From: Felis catus
Lineage: Eukaryota
Assembly: GCF_018350175.1 (NCBI RefSeq)
Contig: NC_058377.1
Coordinates: 16,554,001 to 16,618,000 of the forward strand
Direction: 5' to 3'
DNA: 64,000 nt
Numbering within the stretch: the stretch's first letter is position 1; each line of letters starts with the position of its first letter. Below are positions 1-10,330 of this stretch, piece after piece. A model generated the notes under the pieces. The model had not been told where the DNA came from, ran no database searches, and worked only from the letters and a program-made list of their open reading frames with translations. The position numbers and the translations under genes are program-made.

Positions 1-75
1 CCAGTTGTGACAACCAAAGATGTCTTCAAATATGGCTGGCTGTTCCCTGGGAGGCAAAACTGTCCCACTGAGACC
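1..75. mobile_element. MER20-like hAT DNA transposon end (partial, in a HYOU1 intron)
   Basis: ccagttgtgacaaccaaagatgtcttcaaa...ccctgggaggcaaaac resembles the remembered MER20 terminal segment; truncated by the window edge. Confidence 0.55.
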
Positions 76-117
76 CTAGGGAACCTGGCCACCGCTGGCC
101 CCACCTTAGCCACTCAC

Positions 118-1248
118 CTGCAAAATCTTCAGCCAGGGAACGTGAGTAATTGAGAACCATGCCGAGTACCTCCTCAGGTGAGAACTGTAGCTGCCTGTGG
201 GAAGGGGATGAATTAAAGGCAAGGACAACGAGCAGGGGAGCCCATCAGGCCCACTGAGCCCACTGTCCCCAGCACAACACTCACGGACTGATCTGGAAGT
301 GCACAGTCTGCCTCTGTGGGTCGAAGCCTAGCTCATGCTCTGGAAAACGGGCTCTGTAAAGGGCCACATGGGGATTTCCCTCCTGCTTCCCCAAGAGGTG
401 CTGGAAGTAACGCAGTGTCGCCTTTGGATTCTTGATGGCCTGAGAACAGATAAATAAGGAATATGGCGTGAGGTTCCCAAGTCCACCATCACCTACCTCT
501 CACATCAGAGGCTGGTAAGAGAACAGGCTCTGGGGTCTGACATCTCTTTTCTGCCCGTCGCTTATGGGAAGGGGGTGGGCTGTTAGCTCACCATGCTTGC
601 TGCACTGTCTCCAAAGAATCTTTCATTTTCTTTCAGGGTCACAGTCACTGGGGTTTTCCTTCGGGATTCCCTGAAAAAAAAGAGACACAGGGCTCAGGTG
701 CCTATAGCAGGATGCGGATTCAGGAGCCTCAGCACCCCAAATACAATCACTTAGACACCAGCCTGTTGTGGGCCCTAGCAAGAACACACACGGGCTTGGA
801 GCACAGGCTTCCCTCTTCCCCCACCCCTGACACTGGGGCCGCCCTCACTTGTTCAAGACAATTTCCATGGGCACTCCGGGTTTGACGATGGCCACCTTCA
901 TGGACTCGCTGCCCAGGTCCACAGACATCACTGCCAGCGTGTCTGAAAAGGAAAGAGATTTGTTGATTACCCCCTGTTCCCCAACACTCCTGAGTCCCCT
1001 CTAACCAAAGCACTTCACCCTCCAAAGAGAAGGACAGATAGCAAAGATAAAACCCTAGGTTCAGCAACTCAAGAGTCCAACTTCCAACTAAAAGCCTCCT
1101 CTCCCACCATAGTTCATTCATCAATTCTTCTTTTGAGCCCACTACTGGGGTACATACCACTCAGTGCCAACAGATCTGCCAAGAGCACAGCCATCAAGGC
1201 CCAACAGGCTAGCCTCCTCGGCCTCTGCCTCCTGACGGTGGCTGCCAT
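118..1248 (-). CDS. HYOU1: Hypoxia up-regulated 1 (ORP150/GRP170), ER Hsp70-family chaperone; 5' coding exons only, gene continues past the left edge
   Basis: Minus-strand GT-AG exons 1158-1248 (ATG at 1248; exon starts 1255), 849-942, 592-670, 285-439, 118-194 (91, 94, 79, 155, 77 nt) splice in frame: [107 protein letters not shown]...[25 protein letters not shown] (signal peptide plus Hsp70 ATPase N-terminus). Confidence 0.97.
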
Positions 1249-2318
1249 TGTGCCTCTGAGGGAGGAGAAAAACAACACTTGTAACCGGATGCCCTGAGTG
1301 AAGAAGGCAGAAACTCATCCCAGAACAGGGAAGCGTTAAGATTCATACTCCACCGTCACTAGGTAGGGCAAAGGGGCCTACATCCCCCTCCCCGCCCTCC
1401 TGATAAGGACCCAGCACTCTAATCACACAAAGGGTCCTGGGCTCCATCCACCACATCCCTAAACAGGGAAGGTACCGGGACAGGAGAAAGGAGACCAGAG
1501 CTTTCCGTCCACGGCATAGGCTGTAACTGGCTCACCCTAGCACTGCCCCTGCTGTTAGACACCTGGGGTGCGGCCAGGGATCCCCGCCCAGGGCTCAACT
1601 GCCTCCCTACACCTGGAGCTCCCCCGCTGGCGGGGAAAGCCAGGCCGGGCCTGGACGGGAACCGAGAAGTGGTGACGTTGGAGGCTGGGATGTTAGAATG
1701 GCCTGTCTCCTCCTCGGTATCCTTTCGGGTTGTCCCGCCCGCCGCCCGTTCTCCATCCCAACCCCCCGCCCCGCTGCCTACACAGACGCCGTGCCTGCAA
1801 CGGTGAGATTCCTCGCCGGGCAGGTACCGAGTCCCCCGAGTTCACCTAAGCGTCACCTGGCGAAGGCGGCGGCTCCCACCCCCGGAAACGCGGCCCGGCC
1901 CTCCCCTAAAGCGTGGGGGCGCCCCGGGACCGAGCTGCGGGGTCAAGCGCACCGGCGTCCGTGCGGCCCTTGCTCCCGCTACCGACCCGCCCCCGGAGCT
2001 AGCACGTTGCCTCTCCTAGGAGGGGTGGCCGGCTCCCATCGCCATCCCCAACCCCGTTACCGCTTGCCTGCGCTCCTGCGGCCCCAGCTCTGGGACAAAC
2101 GCGGCGGCGGACGTACCCACGAGGCCGGCAGGGCGCCCCCAAGCCCGCGCCNNNNNNNNNNNNNNNNNNNNNNNNNNNNNNNNNNNNNNNNNNNNNNNNN
2201 NNNNNNNNNNNNNNNNNNNNNNNNNNNNNNNNNNNNNNNNNNNNNNNNNNNNNNNNNNNNNNNNNNNNNNNNNNNNNNNNNNNCGGGCCCCGCCCCCATC
2301 GCCGCGGCGCGCGCTCCC

Positions 2319-2329
2319 ATTGGGCCACG
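2319..2329 (+). promoter_or_regulatory. ERSE-II ER-stress element (ATTGG-N-CCACG)
   Basis: Exact ATTGGGCCACG upstream of HYOU1. Confidence 0.8.
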
Positions 2330-2429
2330 TCCTAGGCCCGCCCCCTCCTCCGTCGCCGGCTTCAGGCCGGAGGCTGCCGAGGGGCCAGTCCGCCAGTTGG
2401 GGGTGGGAAACGGTCGACGCCGGCCCGGG

Positions 2430-2443
2430 ATTGGGCCACGTCA
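2430..2443 (+). promoter_or_regulatory. ERSE-II fused to UPRE core (ATTGG-G-CCACGTCA)
   Basis: Exact ATTGGGCCACG at 2430-2440; CCACGTCA at 2436-2443 reads TGACGTGG on the HYOU1 sense strand. Confidence 0.8.
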
Positions 2444-4020
2444 TGGGGCCCGGCGCGCGCCCCGGTGCGTTCCGGGACCTTTCCGGCCTCGGCGCTGGAT
2501 GCCGGACTGCCGGTGTCGGGAGTGACTCGTGCCCGGTGCAAGTGAGCACCCGGACAGTCCCGCAGTCGGTCCCCTTACTCCGGTCACCAGGGGAGCCCCG
2601 GCCGAGGAGCAGGAATGACCGGCATCCCCTCCGCAGCCACGCGGAAGAGGCTCTCGCTTGCTGGTTGGTATTGAACTGCTTAGGCTTCGGATAGAAATCC
2701 AGAATGGCTACGCTTCAGGCTTGGTCCACCCCCACCTTCGTTTCACCTTAAAGACACCAAGACAGATCTTCGCTGGTGGGACAGAGATAACCGAACTTGG
2801 CCTGGACCCCTTACTCTAAGACCCATTTTTCTGAGACAGAATATTCCAAAATGGAAAGCGCTCCACGCAAAAGACACTTTTATCTATGAGGCTGGTGATC
2901 AACTGAGCATAAATGCATCACCTCATGTTTCCGTTCCTTTAAATCTTGTATATCTTCTTTTTTCCCGCTTCTGTCAGAATTAAAGTATCTCGGGCAGGTT
3001 TGGCTCTCCTCCCTCCCTTCTGTGTACTTCATAGCCTAATGGAAGTGTGCACAGCGCTTGGAGAGCTCACTTTTCTTTTTTCAACCTGCCCCACCCCCAC
3101 CCCCACCCCCGTTTTATTGACCTGAGCGCACTTTTCTTAAATGTGGAAAATCGGTCTCCTGTATCCTCCCTCTTCCGAAATCGACTCCTAGCCTCCCTTC
3201 GCTGAAGGTTCCCTAGAAGGTCCTGGCTGTAACGGCCAGGACTTGTTTAAGGAACTCTTACCTGTTCCTTTCCCTACATTTTTCATGATGCCTAGGGAGG
3301 CAGGGTAGTCAGGTGTCTGTACTTGGAAGATAAACACATCTACTGGTAGTATCAGGGAGAGGTCTATTTTTCTTCCCTTTGTGGACTGTTCAGTCTTCAT
3401 ATGGAGACCTTGGTAGAAATAAGGAGAAATAAATCCCTCTGATACCATGCTCAGTCTCACTTTCTGGAATTATCTACTGTTAACAGTGTGGTGTGTAACC
3501 TTCCAGGCCTCCTCCTGGGCATTTACGGACATTTGTTGAAATCTGTAGCTTTTGCTTTCTTTTTAAATGATAAAATGTTGTATAATGAAGTTTGTTTGCA
3601 GCTTGCATTTTCTCCCCCTTTTTTTTGAAAGTAATAATGTATCACGGAGCGTTTTCCGGATCAGTGTGTAAAGATTCACCTCATTGTTTACTGCTGTAGA
3701 ACATTCCATAGCACGGGGGTTGGCCAGCCACAGTGATGGATATCTAAGTTGTCATTTCAGTTCTATGAGACATGCTAAGTTGTCATTTCAGTTCCACAGA
3801 GAAAGATTTTGTTACCGTATGACTGACCCAACTTTTGGGTAGCAGTCTGGTAGGATAGATTCCATCCATTTCAAACAGATTATTCATTTCTAATATTTAT
3901 TGGGCCTCTGTCAGTTATAAGCATTGCACTAGGTGTGGGATTCCACAGATGGGGATGACCATGTCCTTGCCTTTGGAAAAGTCAGTCTGTTGGGAAACAT
4001 GTTTACGGTTTCAGTGCACT

Positions 4021-4215
4021 TATTTATTTATTTATTTATTTATTAGTTTATTTTTTGAGAGCGAGAGGGGAAGGGGCAGAGAGAGGGGGAGAGGATCTGA
4101 AGCGGGCTCTGAGTCAACAGCAGAGAGTCCAATGTGGGGCTCGAACTCATGAACCTCGAGATCATGCCCTGAGCTGAAGTTGGACGTCCAACCGACTGAG
4201 CCACCCAGGCGCCTC
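4021..4215 (-). mobile_element. CAN-SINE (tRNA-derived)
   Basis: (TTTA)n tail, GA-rich segment, head ...gagccacccaggcgcc; imperfect TSD tcagtg(c/t)actta. Confidence 0.9.
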
Positions 4216-4767
4216 TCAGTGTACTTATTAAAAACCTATTGAATGTGTGCAAATTGGGACACTAAGAAGGTCAGTTTGATCTGCTCCTAAATGAGCTCCC
4301 ATCCTCGGGTTATCCTTGGTGGGAGTACAGTTTTGCTGCAGCTACGGTTTTCGACCTGGGTATCTGTCCCCTTGGGAGGTGCGGCAGGTGCGAGTGCTCT
4401 GGAGAGTCACCTGGTTTGTTTTCTGACCAGAGAGGACCCTAGTGTTTCACAAGAACAAGTTGTAAAATGATGGGAAAATATTAAGGTAAAACACCTGATT
4501 TAGATTGATGAAGGCAGCTGAATTCACTAGTTCTCACTTAGAACAACATGTTAATAACATTTGAGGACTACATCGCTTCCCCCACCCTGAGCAGAAACCC
4601 TAAAGTTGCCATCTTGCAGGACATGTGCAACTGTCAGAAGATTAAAGTGAACACATTAGCAGGAGCATGTGCATACGTTATAAACCATGCATGTTACGTC
4701 ATGTGCTGAGGGCAGTGTTAATCAGGACAAACATCCTGGTTCAGGAGAATTTTAAAAATTAGTTGTC

Positions 4768-4987
4768 GGGGCGCCTGGGTGGCTCAGTCGGTTAAGCGTC
4801 CGACTTCAGCTCAGGTCACGATCTCACGGTCCGTGAGTTCGAGCCCCGCGTCGGGCTCTGGGCTGATGGCTCAGAGCCTGGAGCCTGCTTCCGATTCTGT
4901 GTCTCCCTCTCTCTCTGCCCCTCCCCCGTTCATGCTCTGTCTCTCTCTGTCTCAAAAATAAATAAACGTTAAAATAAATAAATAAAT
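4768..4987 (+). mobile_element. CAN-SINE, felid SINEC_Fc type
   Basis: ggggcgcctgggtggctcagtcggttaagcgtccgacttcagc...gttcgagccccgcg...(CT)n...aaaaataaataaacgtt; TSD tagttgtc. Confidence 0.95.
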
Positions 4988-5040
4988 AGTTGTCATTCAG
5001 CAACTTCCATCTTAGGTTTAGGTAATGTTTATATATATTC

Positions 5041-5660
5041 ACTAAGAGACTGTAATAGCTTTATTCATAACGGCCCCAAATTGAATATTACCTAAATGCC
5101 TATCAATAGTTGGATGGGTAGGGGTGCCTTGATGGTTTAGTCGGTTAAGCATCCAACTCTTGATTTCAGCTCAGATCACGATCTCATGGTTCGTGAGATC
5201 AAGCTCCATGTTGAGCTATGCACTGACAGCTCAGAGCCTGCTTGGGATTCTCTCTCTCTCTCTCTCTCAAAATAAAAAAAATAGTTGGATCGGTAAATAA
5301 ATTGTGGTGAATTCACACAATATAATTCTATACAGCAATGAAAACGGTCTATGATTACAGTCTGTGACTTAACTAAAGCCCACAAAGCTAATACTGAGTG
5401 AAAGAAGCCAGAAGCTAAAGGGTACATACTTTATGATTTCAGTTATATAAAGTTTAAAACCAGGCAAAACTAAGCTATGGTGATAGAGGTGGAGACGGTC
5501 CTTACCCTTGTGGGGTGCTCGTGTTTAGAAGAGGACACAACACGCTTCTTGGGGGTGCTTGCCGCGCTCTGGTTACCATGCTGGTTGCCATGGCTTTGTG
5601 AAAATTTAATGGGCCATGGTATGTATGCTTTTCTATATATGTTATACCTTAATACAATTT
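5041..5660 (+). mobile_element. Old L1 3' fragment (L1M-type) interrupted by a CAN-SINE at 5121-5280
   Basis: L1-like text (gctttattcataacggcccc...aataaattgtggt...tgagtgaaagaagccag); SINE flanked by TSD aatagttggat(g/c)ggta. Confidence 0.65.
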
Positions 5661-5889
5661 TTAGAAGTTATTTTAGAAAATTTTTAGAAGTTATTTTGTG
5701 TCACTCAAAAGACTAGAAGGTTTGATTTTGCTGGAACCCTGAGACAGGGGAAAACTTACTTTTAGCAGGAGAGGCTGTACCTAGATAAGTTTTTTGTTTT
5801 TGTTTTTATTTTCTATTTCTTCACCAATGGTTTTAGAATTACGAAAGAAATGTGATTGAAGAAAACTGAAGAACATAGGAAAAACAAAT

Positions 5890-6340
5890 AGTAAAATAAA
5901 AATCACCCACAATTCCATTTTTTAAATGAAGCACTTAGCATTCTGATGTATATGCACACACTTGAAACTTTAACGGAGATAATATTTTGTGACTGTAATT
6001 CCGTTAATTTTCCTATGTCATTTTTCCTCTACAGAATTTTCAGTGGCTATTTTTATAGACTTGTATAAAGAACTACAATAATTTTATTTACCAACATTAG
6101 TATTTGACAATTATGTTGCTTCCTTTTTTCCCTTCTATTATAAAATTGCAGTAGACACTTTTATTGACAGATATTTATGCAAATCTGTCCCCTATAATCT
6201 ACTTAGGATAAATTCCTAGAAGCGCCTATGCAGGCTTAAATTCCTCTTTAGGCATTTGATACATATTGCCGAGTTGCCCTCCAGAAAAGTTTACCATATG
6301 CACTACCAACAGCAGTGAATGACAGCCCCTGTATCTTTAA
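5890..6340 (-). mobile_element. Old L1 (L1ME-like) fragment
   Basis: ggataaattcctagaag...tttgatacatattgcc...gccctccagaaaagtttacc...cactaccaacagcagtg resembles antisense L1ME 3' sequence. Confidence 0.55.
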
Positions 6341-6359
6341 TAATACTGTTAAGGTTACA

Positions 6360-6510
6360 GGGGTGCCTGGGTGGCTCAGTTGATTAAGCATCTGACTCTT
6401 GATTTCGACTCTGATCATGATCTCACTGTTCATGAATTTGAGCCCCACACTGAGGAATGCAGAGCCTGCTTGGGATTCTCTCTCTCTTTCAAAATAAATA
6501 AAACTAAAAA
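6360..6510 (+). mobile_element. CAN-SINE
   Basis: ggggtgcctgggtggctcagttgattaagc...(CT)n, A-rich tail. Confidence 0.9.
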
Positions 6511-6774
6511 ACATTGGAAAAAAATACTGATGCAGTTCTCCAGTCCTGGTATTATGAATTTGAATTGGATGGAGTGAGGAGTGGATGAGGAGACAAAGTA
6601 CTGGGGACATTTCCCAGTTTGCATTGAGATGGGAATGATTATGTGTCCAGAGAAAGCAAGGCTTTTTGTGTTCTTGAATTCTGTGATTTCACGAACACCT
6701 AGAAAATCACTCAGATTTATGAACAAATTTATGGAATTGACTTCTAAAAACAAAAATTTAAATCAAGCACCCAG

Positions 6775-6963
6775 AGGTGCCTGGGTGGCTCAGTCGGTTG
6801 AGTGTCCGACTTCGGCTCAGGTCATGATGCCACAGCTTGTGGGTTCGAGCTGACAGCTCAGAGCCTGGAGCCTGCTTTGGATTCTGTGTTTACCTGCCCA
6901 TCCCCTGCTCATGCTCTGTGTCTCTTTCTCTCTCTCAAAAATAAATAAATATTGTTTAAAATA
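6775..6963 (+). mobile_element. CAN-SINE with internal deletion
   Basis: SINE head and tail; 17-bp TSD taaatcaagcacccaga on both sides. Confidence 0.9.
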
Positions 6964-6989
6964 TAAATCAAGCACCCAGAATATGGGGC

Positions 6990-7190
6990 TTCAGAGTTGG
7001 ACAGACCTGGATTTGCCTGTAAGCACTACTTCCTACCTGTGTGACTCTAGGCAAGTTGTTTAGCTTTCCTGAGCCTCAATTTCCACATCATTAAAAGCGA
7101 CATGCTGGTACATGCCGCACAAGGTTGATGTACAAGGGGGTAAAGTGCTTAGTAGAGTGCTTGGAACATCCTAAGCACCAAGTACACGTT
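6990..7190 (+). mobile_element. MIR (ancient SINE)
   Basis: tgtgtgactctaggcaagttgtttagctttcctgagcctcaatttccacatc...aaagtgcttagtagagtgcttgg resembles the MIR core. Confidence 0.6.
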
Positions 7191-8494
7191 AGTTAACCAC
7201 TTGTTTTTATTATTACTCTAGAGAAATACAACTTAAAAATGGGCACTACTGCAGTTGTTAAAAGCTTGGTTAAGTGCTTTGCCAAGTTCATGGGGAATTT
7301 CCCTTCCCTTTTTTTTTTTTTTTTTGGCCAGATTTTCACAATCAATAATGAGCTAATTGCTTCCCCCTGTTTCCCTGTAACTTTGGAACCTGTATGGGGA
7401 GACCTCTGAGTTTGTTGCTGAAGTGGAAACTTTAGCTGTCCTGTTGCTAAGGTGGAAACTTTTGATAGCCTTTTAGGGGTTAAGAGAAAAAAACCCAGAC
7501 TTTTCAGTAGTCTAAAAAATGGTTTTCTACCCAGAGAGCCACATGAGGCAGGAAAAAAACAACAAAAAAAAACCTGATAGAAAATAAAAGCTTGAAGCCA
7601 AAACAAGAAAAGTTCCTGTTTTGCTCCAGTGAATACGACTGTTTTATACATCATGGGCAGCATTTTGCTAATGCAGAAAAGAGAGGCCATTGCTAGGCAA
7701 TCCTTGATTCTGAATTGCGATCCCTTTAATTTCAAGCTAAAGGCTTGAATTGCTTCTTTAGTCCCTTCAGAACTCAAAGTTCTCCAAATGCAGTACTGTA
7801 ACAATTAGTACATCATTTTCTGTGTAGTTTCTCTGCCTATCTTCCTCACTATACTGAAGTTCCTGGATTCAGACAAGTATAACAAAAAGACAAATCCTGG
7901 TGTATGTTCTGACAAGTACAGCCTAGCTTCACACTCCAGAAAAGCATCTAATTAAAGGTTAGGGAACTGAAGAACTTTGATGTGCTTGCCCAGAGAGTCA
8001 CTTGAACCTCACAGAGACTCCCGTTTCTCACCGGAGATAATGATACTTCTGCAGATGGTTGCTAGGAAAGTCCATAAAAAGTGAAAGCACTCTGTTAGGT
8101 ATAATTAATTGTATGAAATTCAGGGCTGGTTACTGGCAGTCATTTCTATGTCTGTCTCCCATGGTGGTGGTTGAGCTCCCTAAAGGGCAAGAACCACCTC
8201 TTGTTCATATTTATATTCTGGGCATTTAGTACAATTGCAGGAATAGTGAGTACTCGATACATGTTTGTCTAAAGGAGGAAGGGAAGGAAGGCAGTGAGTC
8301 TGAAGAAGTGCAGTGGGTCACCAATCCCTGCCTTTGTACGCTCATCAATAAACCAAATGGGCATAGGCCTTCCCAGGTTCAAATAGGAAGTAGGAAAACT
8401 CTGGACCTCTGCCGTTAGACAGTAGGGGGAGCACCTAAGTCAACAACAAAGATGCCACTCTGCTGTTCACGTCTCTATATTTCACATTGCTTGT

Positions 8495-8857
8495 TTTCTT
8501 TTCTTGAAAAGTGACTTGTGTACAACCTTGTGTTCATTTCAAGTGTACGTGGTGTTTATATACATTACAAAATGGTTACCACATAGATCCAGTAAACCAT
8601 CTGTGGCCACACAAAGTTTGTGCAGTATTATCCACTGTATTCCCTATGTTGTACATTACATCCCTGTCTCTCTCTTTTTTTTTTTTGTAAATACCTCTTA
8701 ATCCCCTTTATCTATTTCACCCATCCTTCACCCCTTGTCCTCACATCACTGTTTTTTTTTTTTAATGTAAACTCTGCATCCAACATGAGGCTTGAACTCA
8801 TGACCCTGAGATCAAGAGTCACATGCTCCACCAACTGAGCCAGCTAGGTGCCGCCCC
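8495..8857 (-). mobile_element. Carnivore L1 3' fragment (about 8495-8740) plus short tRNA-like CAN-SINE (about 8752-8857)
   Basis: tattccctatgttgtacattacatccc L1 3'UTR motif; T-tail then ggcttgaactcatgaccctgagatcaagagtc...ctgagccagctaggtgcc. Confidence 0.7.
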
Positions 8858-9979
8858 ACATAACTTCTTTTAACATGTTACTCATAGTCTTAACGATTGA
8901 CGTAACACACTTGCAAAAATTCCAATGAGTAGTACAAAATATACTCAGCAGGTGAAAGTGGGTCCAGGCTACTCCCCATTTATACTTCTGCACATGGGTT
9001 TAGATGTTGAAACTGTGAAAGAGGAAAGAAATCTGAGCTAGAAGTCAGGAAATCTATGTGCTATACAGTTTCTTCCCCTCACTTATCTCGTTAGCAAGTG
9101 GACACTACCTTTCCCGTCAACCAGATTGAGGAGAGGCGGGGGTAAGAGGAAAATCATCCACATTTATTCCTTCAACCAAACACGAAGCCTCTACCGGGCT
9201 CTGTTAGGACTGGTCATGGTAAACAAAACACAGCCCCCGCGTTCTGGGATCTCCAGCTGGTGGGAATAAAGATAACATTTTCTGGAAATAAAAAGCTGTG
9301 GGGGAGAGAGATGCAAAAACAAACTTCACAGATACCACATGGTCACTTTTTCATATGTCCGTATGTTCTCAAAATGACTGTCACTCCTGTACAGAGCTCC
9401 TTGTGACGCCAAACTATTCACCTATAGTTTTCCCCAGGAACACTTGCTTTAGCCAGAGATGTAAATGGTGGGTGGCCATGGAATATCTTAGACACTTGCC
9501 ACTTGTTAAATAATGACTCAGCTCCCAGAGCTGCCACTTCCAGGCCTTTTCCCACGTTCGGCTTATGTCCCATACCCTCCCACTACGGAAAGGGAAAAAA
9601 AAGCCCACGTTCTTGAGAGTTCCTGCCCCACAAGTATTTCCTAGCTTCGTTAAGAAACAGATTTTACATGTCTAATTCATGCCACACTGACAGAGGGACA
9701 CAAAAATGAACGTAAGACACTGATTGTGGTGCGCAATCCGTATCTCGTTGCAGACACAAACTTCTAACTTTATGTCTCCGCTCCTACAGCTGAAAAGCCA
9801 GTTTCATATACATTGGCTTATTCATGCCTCAAAACCGTCGTAGGAGGTCATAATCCGCTTGAGCACAGTGGGTTACAATTAAGGCGTGTGATAGTCCTCA
9901 TCGTGATCCTTCAGTGCCCACGAATTTAATAAAGGAGGAAACTGATGCTCAAAGAGGTGAAGGGTCCAGCACTTCAGAA

Positions 9980-10330
9980 GCACTTTAGCCAGCGCAGGTA
10001 CAGAGCCGGTAAACAGGCCAACTGCGGGGCGAGGGACCGGCGGGGAGTCCTACCTCACGCGGCCCCGCCCACTCTCCCCGCCGCGGGAAGCTGTCACCTG
10101 GCCGCCAGGGCGCATGTGCACTCAGGCCCCAGGAAGCTGTCGGCTCACGTGATCCTTCCGCCCCTCTCACATGACCTCTCTCCCAGAGGCGGGGACCTTC
10201 GGCCAAGATGGCGGCCTACCTGCAGTGGCGGCGTTTCGTTTTCTTCGACAAGGAGCTGGTGAAGGAGCCGCTGGGCAGCGATGGGGCTGCTCCCGCGGCT
10301 GCACCTGCCTCAGGACCCGCTGCTTCTAAG
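9980..10330 (+). promoter_or_regulatory. VPS11: VPS11 CpG-island promoter with CLEAR/E-box motifs and a YY1 motif over the start codon
   Basis: TCACGTGA 10145-10152, TCACATGAC 10167-10175, GTCACCTG near 10093, CCAAGATGGCGGC spanning ATG 10208. Confidence 0.75.

Larger units (their letters stand above)
1650..2700. promoter_or_regulatory. HYOU1: CpG island: HYOU1 promoter and non-coding first exon(s); contains N run 2152-2283
   Basis: Very GC/CpG-rich, GC boxes, candidate minus-strand donors (GCG|GTAACG at 2061/2060, TGG|GTACGT at 2117/2116). Confidence 0.8.

Noticed and set aside
1698-2694. Long ORFs on both strands in the HYOU1 CpG island
   Set aside because: GC-rich stop-poor sequence bridged by an N run; Pro/Arg/Gly low complexity; no recognisable protein.
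7193-7804. 203-aa minus-strand ORF
   Set aside because: Crosses homopolymer runs translated as poly-Lys and poly-Phe; no domain or splice support.
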